DNA of 64,000 nt from Psammoneis japonica (lineage: Eukaryota), in the NCBI GenBank assembly GCA_008632985.1, contig QPGO01000029.1:260874-324873 (forward strand), given 5' to 3'. The position numbers and the translations under genes were made by a program. Below the pieces are notes generated by a model. The model saw nothing but the letters and a program-made list of their open reading frames with translations, was not told the DNA's origin and made no database searches. This document shows positions 11,200 through 25,800 of the stretch, piece by piece; the stretch's first letter is position 1; every line of letters starts with the position of its first letter.

Positions 11200-12776
11200 G
11201 AATCTGCTGCCTCCATTGATGCCCTCATGATGCTCAACCCTGCTGGCCCCTCCTGAACCAAGCTTGCCACCAGCGCTCATTTCCTTGGAGGGATGCCCTG
11301 TCAGCTCCATTAAATTTGTGGCCAAACACCTTGCCACCAAAGCTGATGCATTTGTGCCCTCCCTTTGCCTCTTCTCATCCTGCTTGCTGACAAACAAACT
11401 CAAAGCTGTTTCTTCAGACATGTGCACTCATGTCCACATCCCAGCCACCTCCTTTTCTCTGACATCTTTTACAACCTCTCCTTCACCTCTGACAATCCTG
11501 CCCATGCTTGGTCATCTTTTCTTGACTGCATCTGTGCTTCCTTCTGACACTTCCTCCATCATCTGACCGACTGCCAATCTGACCTTCTCTTCCATGCTCT
11601 TGCTTTTGCCCAGAGGCCTGCCTTCCTCCCGCCATCCCTCCTCCCTTTGTCACCTCCCTTGCTCAATCCCTTCAACACTCATGCCTTGGTGTTGACTCAA
11701 CAGGCGACCCAACCATCAAACTCCATCCAGCTCATTCTTCCACCCACCTCCATCAAGTCACTTCCTGTGACCTTTGTGGTCTTCCGATGTCTGAATCACC
11801 TCTGTGCCATGCAAGTTGTTCAATTCCTTGTCAACAACCCATCCTTCCACCATGGCTTCAACTGCTTTCTTGTCTCCCACGCAAGCCTTGCCCTGCTTTC
11901 TTTCTCATGCTTGCAAGAATGCAACCACCTCTTCCCCTGCTCCCTTGCCATTGTCCCACTCCAACACAAACTGTGCCTTCCGTCCTTCCCTCTTTACACT
12001 TGCAGGTGCAGATTGCCCCTGTGGCCACAAGCTTGATGCCTGTGGTGACCATGCCTTCTCATGCTCTGGTGCCTGCAAACCCCTCCTCTCTAACTCAGTT
12101 GGAGACATGGTCTGGTCACTCTGCCATGCTCTTGGCCCCCTTGCTGGCCTCTGCTCCACCACCTCTGATGTGATCATTGTTGAAACCCTGGGCCTCCTTG
12201 TTCCTTCCCCACCAAATGCCATGCTGACATTGGAGTGCAGTTTCACACACACAATTCTGCTGCCATTGTTTTTTCTCTGTCCCTGCTCCCATGCCACCCA
12301 CCACTGTGTGCCAGGTTTGCCACCTCCCTCCAATGATCCACTTGCCATGGCACACCACAGCAGTGCTTGGAGCAAGTTTGTTGCTCAATCTGCCCCTTCC
12401 TCCTGTGGCCCTGAAATCATCCAGTGGCTTCACAGACTGTGGCAGCATCTTCCTTCTCCCCTTCACCTTTGGCCAATTCTCTCCCCACCCTCACAACCCC
12501 CCCCAGTCCTCTCCCCAAGATTTCAATGATCTTGATTGGCTCACATTGCCTGCCAATGCTCCCTGCTTGCCCTTCTGGCCTCCTTTCGTGTGCAGATGCT
12601 GCCTGGTCCCAGCTCTGCCCTGACTCCTTTGGCACTTTTTGCCACTCTCACTCCCCATCCAAGTGGGCCTCCCAAAACCTTGCTGTTGACAACATGCCAT
12701 CTGCCCTTTCCCCTCCCACCTGTCCTGCTTCCCAGAACAATCCAGTCACCTGCCACTGCTGCCTGTCTGACCTTCC
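11200..12776 (+). mobile_element. Degenerate CRE-like non-LTR retrotransposon fragment
   Basis: C-rich; residual peptides ADKQTQ and CPCGHKLDACGDHAFSC (zinc knuckle) are collinear with the element at 48524-50632. Confidence 0.65.
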
Positions 12777-13089
12777 TGTTGGAATGTTGAGATGAGAGAC
12801 CCAAATGTTGTGTGATGTGACCCAGACAATTTGAACAGGAAGGATGTGGATCCTGATGTGGTCCACCAATGTGACCATCTTTGATGAGATCACAACTGTC
12901 ACCACATTCTTTGCATGTGTTTTATTCTCACTCTTTGGAGTGAATCATTTGGTTTGCATGATCCTCAGTTGGTGTCAAGAGGCACCTGTCATTTTGGGAG
13001 TCACGCAGTTTGCATTTGTGCCAAGGCATGCCACAGAGCTGACACATGCTGCCAAGGCCAGTGTGATGAGTTGCTCAGGAGACCTCTGA
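12777..13089 (+). repeat. 5' LTR of Copia-3
   Basis: Begins TG; aligns with 19427-19733, differing mainly by CA/TG swaps. Confidence 0.8.
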
Positions 13090-16000
13090 AGATTTTTTTT
13101 GTTTGGAAGACATTGACTTGCTTGTTCAACATTCACTCCAAAGAGTCACAGCCCTGCATTTGGTGCTCATTTGCCTCAAGACTGCCACCCACACCAAGAC
13201 ATCAGAACACCTGCAAAATGAGTGGGAGGAGGTGGTGGATCAAGCTGTCAAGGCCAAGATGCATCATGGCAGATGTGGTGGAAGTCACAGGTCATCAAAT
13301 CAGAAGATGAAGACCAGTGTCAAGAAACACCTTCAGTCTGAGATGAATTTTCATCCTTTGTCACTGAACACAGCAATTCCTGAAATGCGACATTCAAGGA
13401 AGTCCTCAAGAAGATTGCTCCACACACACAGAAAAAGCATGATCAAGGGGCACATCCAGCAAGATCCATTGAAGACATGAAGCAGAAAGAGTTCTCAAGC
13501 AAGATGCTCACATGTGTGGGATCTGACATCATGCTGCCAGCAATTGATGACCCCAACTGCCATGAACAGCTCATGAAGAAAACCAACAAAGGCAAAGGTG
13601 TGGAAATGCAGCACAAGCAGGACTGCAACGATTGGTGTGAGAAGGTCAAGAAGTTCAAAGAGAACAAAGCTGCCACATTTGCAACAGACAAAGCAGAGAT
13701 TGAAAGGCAGCCCTGATTTCAAATCTGCAAGAGAGGATCCAGCTACATTGCTGAAACTGATGATGCTTGCCTTTGATTCTGTGGTGAGAGGTGGGCACCT
13801 GTTCCATGTGCTCATGAAGGCATGGAAGAAAATCCTTGATGGAGGCAGCAGGCAGCAAGACACCAACCATTGAACAACTGCCTGTCAAGATTCAAGAACC
13901 AGCAAGACTCCACTGGAGAAGCATTGGGAGACAAGTTGCTTGAGACGTGTTCCTTTCAAGCATGAGGGAACACAAAGATGCTGACAACATGAAGAAGAAA
14001 GAAATGAAGGAGCTTGCATTTGAGATGTGGACAACACACCTGTTTGTGGCAAACAGCAATGTGATCACCACTGCAAGAACCTGAAGATGAGCTTCATGAG
14101 AGACCACAGCCTGGACAAGGACACCTGTCCAAAGGCCCCAGACAAGGCAATGGATGTTGTGCCCGACCATCCAAAAGACAATGATCTGCACAAACAGTGG
14201 AAAGACGCTGCACGGAATGACTGCAACTAGAACAACAGGACCAAGAATGGGAGTGAAAGCACTGACTCAGAGGAACAGAAGGACCAGAGTCATGCTCAAC
14301 AGAGCAACCAGAGTGACAAGTTCATGAGTCACTGTTGTGGTGCAAAAGGCCACATGACCCCCAAATGTGGCCACAAGGGCACTGTCCTCCACAACAGGTG
14401 GTGCAAGAAGACTGGTGAGAAGCCAGAAAATGGGGTCCAGAGCCATGCACAGATGCAAGGTGGAAATGACAAAGACTCATCAGTGGAGAGTGACAGTTTG
14501 AGTGTCAACACCATGAGATCCAATGGATCAACCCAGCCCAGCTGCAGCAGAGGCTCTGCACAGCAAGGGTTGCAGTTGGACATCAAAAGACTGGAAGTGA
14601 GCACAAACCAAGCCAATGCAAACATCAATTCACAGGAGATTGTCCTCAAAAATGGTTTTGCCCTTGGCATGGCAGCCAGCCAGAGACCAGTGCACAATGT
14701 GTGACTGGCAAGGATTGAGATTGATCTGTCAACCAATGCAGGTGTGGATGCCCTGGACAAAGACTGCACAATGCCAGGGTGGGGAGACACAAAGCTTGGA
14801 TCAGATGGCACAACAGCAAATGCCTTTGTTTTAAAGGATGCAAAGAACAAGTGCCGCATGACTTGTGATGACAGAGTGGCAGACAAGTTCCAACCAAGAA
14901 GACTGGAAACAAAGTCATGGTGTTCAAGGTCAACAACATTGGACTGCACATGTTTGCCCCAAGTCAAGAATTCTTCAACTGCACTGAAGAGCTGCAAGCA
15001 CATGTGAGGAGCATGTGAGCATGCTGTCAAAGGATGAGAAGAAAACTGCCAAAAAGAAGTGCAAGGGCACCTCTGCAGTGAAAAGGGTTCCAAGCTGTTT
15101 TTATGATGGAATCAGGCAAAGAATCTGTCCAACATGCTGGAAGATGTGGACAGAATGGCGGACATGTGGGGGGCATGGACACATGCACTAAAAGGAAAGA
15201 CCAAATGTGTGCACCATTCCCACAAGCCCATGAGAGGAACAATGTCACAGCATTGCCACCTGAAAATTAAGAGAAGCAGAGAGACTGCATGATGCTCTGC
15301 ATTGATGTTGTGGAAGTGTGTGGAGTCAAGATGCCACACTTGACAGACAAGACTGTCAAGCACCATTCCAGCATGAAGCTCAAGTCCAAGAACCATGCCA
15401 ACACACACAAGGCATTGGATGTGATCCTGCAACAGTGCCACATGAGCACATTCAAGATCATTTTCATTGAGTGCAACCCAGCATTCAAGGACATGTTGGC
15501 AGCAGTTGCTGATGGCATGGACCTGGTGTTGATGTCAATGAATGCCAGTGACCATGTCCATGAAGTTAAGAGAAGCGTTCAGACTGTCAAAGAAAGAGCA
15601 AGCACTTGGGTCACTGCGCACCACCTGCCACACAAGACAACACCAAAGTTGACATGTGAGCAAGCCAAAATCAAGAACGCAGTGATGACAAATGTGCACC
15701 CACAAAAGGAGGGAATCTCAGACACACACAGTGCACACATGATTGCACAACAAAGACACCTCAGCTGTGACAAACATTTTGAATTCTCATTTAAAGAATT
15801 TGTCCCATCCCATGCCAAGCCCAGCCAATCAAACACAATGGATGCATGTGGTGTTGACAGCATCTGCATGTGACCATGCCATGATGTCCTGAAGGGCAGA
15901 CACTGTGCCATGAACTTGCACAAGAGCAAGCTGCTTAATTGCTGCAGGTTTGCCATGATCCCCCTGACTGACATGCACATTCAAGCAGTCAAAGAAATCA

Positions 16001-19000
16001 CCATTGCCAAGGGCATTGAAGAATTCAAGCACACAGGCAATTGCAGGGACAACTTGTGCAACAATGGCTGGATTGCAGCAGTGGACCACAATGAAAGCAG
16101 CAACAAAAGAAACAGTGCAAGCAATGACAAACACAACAAAAACAACATTGCCAACAAAAAAGACTGTGAAGAAGAAGAAGAAGAAGTGGGAGCTTCCAGT
16201 GACAAATGTGGAGAAGCTCAAGATGTGTTGGCAGACAAAAAGCAGAGCCCAGATCAGCATCATGAGGATGACAATGACATGACCACAATGACCAAGACAA
16301 AAAGCATGAAGAACAAGAAGAACACAAAGACACATCACAGGACAGAAACAAGCAAGTGGAACAATGTGACCTGAAACAGACCAGAAGCAGCAGATCCTGC
16401 ACAGTGGTGACATGCCACAAGAAACATGAGGCTGCACAGAGAGAACCAAGAGCGCAATTCACAGGAGTGGCAGCAGACACCAAAGAAGAAAAATGGAAAC
16501 AGTTCAAAATTGAATGCTGCCATCATTTGTGGACAAATGCAAGCCTGAATCCAAAGAACAACATGCACTGCAATGCAGAATTGGAGTGGTGATTGCACAC
16601 TTCATGTGTGAGATCAATGACCAACTCTAATTGGGAGAGGACATTTCCTCAGCCCACAGCAACACCTGCCACCTGAGTGCCTGCCGCAAAGGCATTCAAC
16701 CCAAGGAGGCATGAGGCCTCAGAGAAAAAAGTTGGTCAACTGTGCAAGCAAGTGTGCTTTGTGCCAATGCAAGCCAAAGACATGACTCTGATTGAAAGAA
16801 AAAGATCTGTGACAGCTTTGATGTTCCTTGCAGAGAAACAAGATGGTCGAGTCAGAGGACGAATGGTTTGCACCAGTGGAAAACCAACAAGAGAATGGTT
16901 GGACAAAGATGAGTCAGCCAGCCCAACAGAATCATTGGAAGGAATCATGATGACAGCTGTTGTTGATGCCAAAGAAGAGCAAGACACAATGAGCCCCAAC
17001 ATGCCAGACATGTTCATGCAAATGATTGATGCCAGACCCCAAGGAGGGCAAAGAACAGATTGTGATGAAGATTGCAGGAGTGTTGGTCAACATGCTGGTG
17101 AGCAGTGATCCCAACCCATGTGGGCCACATGTGTTCCCAGAGAAGGAAAGAGAGAGTCCTCTGCACAAGAGACCATTGGAGCCATCTGTGGCATGTTGGT
17201 TGCAGCTCTGCTGTGGCATGAGCAACTCCACAAAGACCTGGAGAAAATTGGGTTTAAGTTCAACCCATGCAATCTGTGCATTGCCAATCGCACAGTCAAT
17301 GCAGCACACTGTCTGTTTCCACATGGATGACCTGCTGTCAAGCCACAAGAACTGCAAGGTTGATGACAAATTCCTGAGTTGGCTGAACAAGATGTGTGGG
17401 AGCCATGGCAAGGTCATTGCTGCTCAAGGGAAGAAGCACAACTGCCCAGGATGACCCCAGATTTTACCAAAAAGGCAAGGTGAAGGTCAACATGACCAAC
17501 TGTGCAAAGAAGATGGCAGACGAGTTTCCAGAGAAGCTTGAGAGCACGGATGCTGCCATGACACCAGCTGGGGAAAACTTGTTTGACACTGGTGGCACTA
17601 GATTGCCAGCCAAGAAAGCACATGTGTTCCATGAGTGGGTGGCCAAAGGGCTGTTTGTTTCCAGGAGAGGCCACATGGATGTGCGCTTCACTGCAATGCA
17701 TCATGTGTGCACGTGAGGGAACCTGCCAACAAGGGTTGGGGGAAGTCAGTCCATTGTGTCAAGTGTCTGAACTGGACACAAAACCAAGTTGCCACATTGA
17801 GCGCAGATCACCTCTGAGTTGTGAAGTGGTGCATGGAGACATTGCAGTGCACCCTGACTTCAAGAGCCACGCTGGAGGAGACCAATTTGCAATGGAGTGA
17901 TGCAGGCTGTGTCAAAGTGGCAGAAACTCAACACTGAAGCCGCACAGAGGCTGAACCAGTTGGAGTTGACAACGTGATAACTGTGATCTCATGGAGCAAG
18001 TTGTTCATAGAACACCAAGGTCATCCAATCAACAACAACATCCTGCACCAGGATGACAAGAGCACCATTCCACTGGAGACCAATGGGCACAGAAGTGCAG
18101 GCAAATGATCAAGAGGAGCACTCAACATTCAACATTTCTTTGTTGCCAATCAGATCAAGAAGGGCAACTTCAGAGTTCAATGACAGAAAAGATGCTTGCA
18201 GACTTGATGACCAAGCCATCACAGGGCAAGAAGTTCCACAAATTCAAGGGAGCCATTGTGGGCTGCTGAAGAGAAGGCAAGCATGAAGGACACACAAGCT
18301 GTTTGTGACATCAAACAAGAACTCTGATGCATGTGGCTGAAATTGGAGCAAGTCAGCACCCAAGAACCCAATTGTCTCACATGAGGTGTCCAGCATGAAG
18401 CAGTCTGCTGACCCTGGAGTTTGAGAAGGATGGAAAGATTGTCTGGACCTGCGCCCATGGCATGACAGACAAGTGTGCAAAAGAGCTTGAAGACAAGTGG
18501 CCCAAGCAGCAGGCAAAAGGGGTTTGATGCAATGTGCAATGTGTGCAAGGCCTGGAACAGATGGCCAGGTGAAGTTCATCAATGTGTGTCAACTGCTGCA
18601 CCAATGACCTCCATGTTCAAAAAGGGAAGTGTGAATTCACACAAGATGATGGAACAAGCAAAGGCAGCACACATGACCAAGGAGTGTCAGCACATTGTCA
18701 GGACAGGCACAACAATCCAAGGAACAAAATGTTGCAGGAGTGGCAACAATGTGGATTGTTTCAATGGATGCAATGAAGAAATGACAGTGAGGTCAAGAGG
18801 TGATGAAGGTCATGTTGTTGCCCTTGACAATGAAGACATTGGTCAACTGTGTGGGATCAGTCAACAGTGAGTTGTTCCACCTGCAGCTGTGGGATGACAC
18901 CAGGTGTGGTGCATGTGGGCCACTTGTGGAATGTGTTCCCAACCATCACAACAACATGACACATTGGTGGTTTGGTTTGGCAACAGATGACAGTGGAGTT

Positions 19001-19426
19001 GTCTGTGATGCCTTGAAGTTGGCATGCTTTTTTCAACAAGAAGCTGTGTTGAAGCAAAGCTGGTCAGAAGCGGGGCTGTTGTGATGTGGAGTTTTGCCTG
19101 TTGCTGCTCTGGAGAGTTGACAAATGGGTGGCAGAAGGAATTGACAAGATGGATGCAAAGGGGTTGTACAGCAAAGAAGCATGAGAGAAACTCTGTCTTG
19201 CCTGTGCAAAGAGTTTTGTCAACCAGGTGCATGGCATTGAAGATGAGTTTGATGTGATGCCACACTTCAAGGGCTGCAGATTGGGTCAAAGAACATTCAT
19301 GATGTGTGAGTTGCCATGTGATGACAACATTGCCATGCCAGATGAGTTGGGTGGGACTGCATTGAAGAATCTCTGATCACTGTTGTTGGGGAGGAAGATG
19401 GGTCATCAATGCAAGCAGCAGGAGTG

Positions 19427-19733
19427 TGCGGGAATGTTGAGATGAGAGACCCAGATGTCACACAATGTGACCCAGATGATTTGAGTGAGAAGGATGTGGA
19501 TCCTGACCTGGTCAATGGACATGACTTTCTTCAATGAGATCATGACCATCACCACATTCTTTGCACATGTTTTGTTCTCACTCTTTGGAGCAAATTGTTT
19601 GGCTTGCACAATTGTCAGTGTCAAGAGGCACCTGTTGTTTTGGCAGTTGCGCAGTTTGCATTGATGCCAAGGCACACCATGGCTGACACATGCCACCAAG
19701 GTGAGTGAAGTCAGTTGCTCAGGAGACCTCACA
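19427..19733 (+). repeat. 3' LTR of Copia-3
   Basis: TG...CA termini; aligns with 12777-13089. Confidence 0.8.
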
Positions 19734-19899
19734 GGATGCCCCCTTTGGGAGACATTGACTTCTGGCTCAACACTTGTCTTTCCACCCCTCCCCTCCATCT
19801 GATCAGCATCCATCTGGTGCCCCTTTTTTCTCCAGTCCTGCTTCTCCTGTGGTTTGGGTGTTGCCACACCATGAGCAGGGTGGGAAATTGCAGTGGCGG

Positions 19900-22800
19900 T
19901 CTGTCCAACAGCTTCTGGCTGTTGCCTGAATTTGGGTTTCCAAAGGGGAGCTGGTTTTCAAATGACCTTCAACATCGGCACATGTGCAGCACTCATTCTG
20001 CAGGAGGACTCTGCTTTGTGTGACCATTTGCAATGGTTCGGCAAGGACACCTGCACAAAATTTTTTCATTGCAAAACATGTGTGCAAAATGACAAATTTT
20101 CTCTTTTGTCAGGATTTGGCAGTTGTGGCTGGGGTGGCACATTGATTTGCTTTTGTTTTCCAAACCCGGCGATCTGGTTGGATGACATGGGTCACGGTTT
20201 TTTTCAGTCATTTTAGTGCTGATTTTCCCTGGTCTTGTGTGGATGATGTCATGCAATGGACAGGAACAACACATTGATTTGTTTGTGTCTGTGGTGCAAA
20301 TGTCAGATTCAATGGGTTTTTTGTCTTTTGCATCCTTCAGCGATGGGCGAGACGATGATTTCCTCAAATTTTCATCGTTTCTTTGTTTTCTTGATCTCAA
20401 AAAAGGCATTTCCTTTTTTCGTGTTCAATGTTGCAGTCAGCTGACATTTGCAGGAAGGTCATTTTCATTGCTTGACAAGGCTGGTCTCTCTTGTTTGGCA
20501 GGTTCTGTGTGACTCAAGGTCGCCAGGAAGAAGTCCTTGGGTGCTTCTGCATTGATCTTGTTTTGGTGAGCACAGTGCATCACTTTTTTGTTTTGCAGTG
20601 GCTTGTTGCAGTTTTGTTGGCTTGTTGTTGTCACAGCTTCCACAACACAAAGAGAGCTCTCTGAGCTCATGCTGAACACTTCATTTGACAATGCAGAGAA
20701 AGCCAGCACAACTTCATTCATGCAAATGAGCAGCATGACTGCATTTGTGACAATGATGAGATGAGTGTTCTGCAACTGGAAGATCAAGTTGCAGTTTTAG
20801 AGCACATCATCATTTGGATGTTGACAATCAATGTGATCTGGACTCAATGGGGCAGGATTGTTCAAGTCATTTTTGTCATTTGAAATGGATCAACCGGCGC
20901 AGATTCTAAAGATTGTTGAGACAGGTTGCAATGACAACAACAAAAATGCACAAACCAGAGTCATTTTGTGGGTTTTCACATTTGCACAACTGGTCCAAGA
21001 TGGATTTTTGTTTTTCCAATGGCTGCCATTTGACATGAGTCAACCACTCCTCCACCTTTTTTGTTGCAACTCTTGTCATCCAAGAATCAGGAGGACACAA
21101 TCTTTCAAAATCATTGTGCAGACGGATGTTGCCATGATGCTGTTTCAAAGAGAGTTGCACCCAATGACATGTGGCTCAGGGTCATTGGATTGGTCAATGT
21201 TGCAGCACATCACACTGTGATTCTCTGCCAAAATCAATGACCACAAAAGCTTCTTTAGGAATCTTGCATGGCACCACAACTGCCAACTCAAGTGCACTGA
21301 TGTTGTTCTCATCCACATGCACAAGTGTGCTGGTTTGGGAGGTCCAAATTTTTGTGTGGGACTGCAGGAGGGTCTTTTCACAAAGACACCATTGTGAATG
21401 TGATGGCTGTCTTGACTTGCATTCCTTCCTTCTCACACAAGGATTGATGCTCTTGGCACGCACAAGATCACTTCTTCATGTTCACTCATCTTTCAAGGTG
21501 CTGGCTTGAACATTTTTGAATTTGAAATTAAAGCAGGGAAAACCAATGGTGACATCTTGGATTTGATCTTGGGCGACATTCCCAAACACTGTGCAGAACA
21601 AGAAAGAAAGACTCAAAAGTCTCAACAAACCACCCCCCTGACAATTGTCATTTCAATGCCTCCATCCAACTGGATTTGAGACATTCTTGGATGCACCACT
21701 TCATTCTCCTGGTTTGTGACATCCAAGCAAAGCCTGTTCTTGCAGGTTGCTGACTCAGCAAAACCCACACCATGTCTCCAATTGCCACAAACTTTGTCTG
21801 GTTTTGAAAATGTGTGCAGAAATTTTAGCACGGCTTGCAGCATCATGAAATCACAAGACGCAAGGAACTTGTTTGAAGATTGTGAACATCTTTGTTTCCT
21901 GCCACCAACATTGACTCTGAAATGGCCAGAGTGAACAAACTCATTTCTCCTTTCTGTGGCAATGGCTCAGTCAAAACCAATGCTTTGCAAGGGCAATGGA
22001 CACCATGCATCTCATTTTCTCCTTTTGCAGCTGATCTTGCATTTTTGGCAATTCGTTCATGTTTGTCTTTGTCCTCTGCAACCACATCAACTCAGTTGAC
22101 AATGTTTGGTGCTTTCCTTCATTTTTTGAATGGCACTCCTTTTGCACTCATCAATTCTTTCCACAATGGAATGTTTTCTTTGCACACTTTGGTGTGTCCT
22201 TTTTGTTCTTTGATGCGGAATGACACATGGTCTTGTTTCGCAACTTGTGCTGTCTTTTTTCTTCTTCTTCTGCATTTCCAATTTTGCTTGACAGGGTGAT
22301 CTCCTCAAACTCCATGCTTTGTTTTCATGGTTGCAGATTCCATCCACAAACTGCAAGTGCTTTGACATTGTGCATTGGATGTGCAATTTGGAATGTGCGA
22401 TGCATTGAAAACGTGGCACTCCACACAATTTTTGGCCATTGTCTGTTGTGCTTGCAATTGGACAATGCAACAATGTGCCAGATTTCTCACAGCTTTGTGA
22501 CATGACCATGTTGTTTGCCATGAATTTTGTTGCTAAAATTGTGTGGTGTGGTGACACATCTTGCTTTTGTGTCATTTTGACATGACAAACATGCGAGTGA
22601 TCACCAGCACGCTGTTTTAGAGGATGTCTCACTGAAAAATTTGTGTGACATGTCAATGTGAACAAAACTCAAATCACACACATTTGACATTGTCTCCTCA
22701 AAATCTTGAGTCCTGTGTTCATTTTAACACAAGAGTCAAGTGATTGTGTCTTTTCAACTCTTTTCCACCAAAAATTGACACAGTCTTCTTGTGTTGAGAA

Positions 22801-25800
22801 TGTTGATTGAGAGCAGGTGTGAGCATCTTTCTCACATTGAGCTTTCCTCTTTGTTGTCACTTACATTGTTGCTCACATGTTGTTGAATGGCACCGGTGTG
22901 ACAATGGCTGAAGATTGACAATGACCGCAACATCAACAAATCTGACACCTGCGTCAAATCAGAGTCAACTGCTCCTTTTGAGCCCATTGTTGGCATGACA
23001 AGGAAGGAATCTTCAATTCAAACCCATCACTCAATTCATCGTCATCTGTTCTCAATTGCATCATCATCAAAGAAGGATCTAAAATGGGAGAAGCAATCCA
23101 TTTGGCAGAAAAAAAGACAAAGTGCATCCCGCTGATGGGGTCTCAGCGCTGACTGTGAATTGAAGTTGGGTCACATTTAAGAGGCAGATGAGCAGAGTGG
23201 CTGTGATTCACTTTTGGAATTCCCTTCTTGTTTGGATGGAGTTGTGCAAAAAAAAGAAGCAAACATGAAGAGCCAGCATGCTTGGACACTGTCATGTTGG
23301 AAGTGGAGCAGAGACACTGCGCTGCTTCTGAGAATTGGTTCAATCACAAGTGAAGCACATTTCCAGCAATGGCATTGACACTCACGTCATTTGACAAGTG
23401 GTTTTCACAGGTTTGTTGTTCATTGGCTTCATTCACGTGTGCATGGAGGAACTGAAGATGCTCATCCAGCTTGCTCTCATCAAGCTTTTTCAAAGTTTTT
23501 GGCGGATTGTCAGAAGGAACTGTCTTTTCTTTGTCTTGATCATCTCCCAAATTAATTTCTGGGCTCACATGTCCACAGTCAAGAACCTCAACAGGACACA
23601 GGCAAGTGCTGGGATGGAAGCACATGGCAGCTTAGTTTGGTTTTTCCTTCAACCAATTCTCAGTGAATCCTGTTCCATGAGTTGTCATGATCTTGACAAT
23701 GTCATCAACCAGAACAAACTGATTCAGGGAGTGTGTTTCTCCAGGCTGGGCACGCCAATTCAATTTGTTCATGTGACATTTGTTGTCCATGCAACCTTTG
23801 CTCATCTCAGCATTTAGAGTCATGGCAGACTGTTGTAAAATGCAACAATGTTTTGTTGGTTCATGATGCACTTGCATCAATTGAGAACATTGACACATTG
23901 TGACACTCTTCTCCAAAACAGCTGCTAAAACTGTCAACCAAAAATCTTCACCAATGTCCTGATTGGCAAAGATGAGTGGACATTTGCGCCCCCAATGCTT
24001 GCGGCTCTTCTCTTCCATGTCTGTGTTGCACTGCATGACATTGTTTGACAGATCTTTTCAACAACAACCGCTGTCCACAACGTTGAGTTCAACCAAGTCA
24101 TTTGCACAATTTTTTTTGGGTTTTGCACTGCTGCACTTGCTTGGGACCCTGGCTGCAAACACCATCACTGTCTTTTGCAAGACCAGCAGTGCATGGCCAA
24201 AACCCATTGTTTCTGGGATGTGCCCTGTTGTCTGCATGACCACAATTGCAACATTGACACATTCTCAGCAGACAGCTCACCTTTTTGGTCTGCAGGTCCC
24301 ATGACACACAAACCAGCTGCATTCTCTTGTGTCCTTGATGGCCTCTTGAGTTTTGTTTTTCTTGGGCAAAAGAAACATTGGCAGAGAAGAAGCACTTTTT
24401 TGTTCATTGGAAGATGAGCTCCTTTTTGCTCAACTTTAATTCCTTCCCACTCATTCTTGATTTACAAGCATTGCCATTGTTTTCTTGAGCAATCCTGGGT
24501 TTTGCAAACAAAAACATCAAAGAAAATGGCAACAATTTTGTTTGCGATTGTGGTGGCTGGGAATGAACAATTGCACATTGCAGCTCAGAAATTGAGCAGA
24601 AACCCAGAAATGTGACATTGCAGTTTTTAACACACATGTGTGGGTGTTGTTAAGATGACCACATTTTGCAACAGTGCAAAAGTGATTGTGATTCTGTCAT
24701 TTAATTGAGTTTTTAACTGCCACACATGTCATTTTAACCAACAACCAGTTTGGTTCAATCAACTTGCAGTGCAGTGCAGATTTTCTCCTTGGACATTGCT
24801 TTGAGACAAGTGCAACCTGTTTCTGCACACAACTCAAATTGAAACATCAAACTTCACATTTCAATTGAAAACTCCAATGACTGAAATGTCAGCTCCATGT
24901 GAAATGTCATTTGTGAGTGTCAAAATCATGGAGTCCTTGAGGAATGTCTCACGTGCATTGACAAAATTTGATGATCCCTTGCAATGGATTGTCTTTTGTC
25001 TTCAAAGGACTTTTCTTTCAGTTGAGCCCGGTTGCAGACAACACAAACTCAGACAACAAAAACTCACTTGGCAAAGATCGCACATTGAGCTGGTGCAATT
25101 TTCCCACTTTTCAGTTCAAGGACAAGCTTTGGTTTGCTTTTCAGAGTGACAAAGTGTTGCAACTGTTGCAGAAGCCATCTTTTTGCTGCCCAGACCTTTC
25201 ATTTGACAGAAACCCTGCCAGCTTTGGCTGGACTTGTCAAAGCTGTGGCAAACATGTTGCGCATGAGCTCCAATCTGAGTTTTTCCTTGCTTTTTGGATT
25301 TGCATTCTTTGCTTTGGAAACTTCTTGGATTTCATGGCAAAACTGCCTTTTCAAAGGTCATCAGATTCTTTCATGAGAGCGAGCTTGCATGCCAAGGTTT
25401 GGAAGGTGTTGCAATGATTGGAGCCACTTCACCCACAAAATTTGGGTGAGTTCTGGCATTGCATTCAGTGTGTTGGCAAGTTTTTGTTGTCTTTTGGGCT
25501 TGATGTCAATGCTTTTTCTTTGGTCACACTTGTGCCACTTTGAATTTTGATGTGACATCTGTGGTGCAACAACTGCAAATGCTGGGATGCAAACCTCTCT
25601 GATTTGCTGATGACATTTCAACCCTGCTGAATTGCCCGCCAACGCTGCATCTTGACAAAATGATGTGGTGATCTCTCATCCTCCTTGGGATTCAAACAGA
25701 CAATCAGCTTGTGCGCTTTGCACAAATGATGGTGAATTTGGAATCGGACGTCTGAACTTTCTTTGATTTCCTTTGACTGACTTGCCGCCATTTCACCCAA

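Larger units (their letters stand above)
12777..19733 (+). mobile_element. Highly degenerate Copia LTR retrotransposon (Copia-3)
   Basis: About 310-bp direct repeats at 12777-13089 and 19427-19733; remnants of integrase (SDHVHEVKRSVQTVKER), RT (ALMFLAEKQDGRVRGRMV, FHMDDLL) and RNase H (AVHPDFKSHAGG, ILHQDDKSTI) with many frameshifts and stops; no TSD recognisable. Confidence 0.85.
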
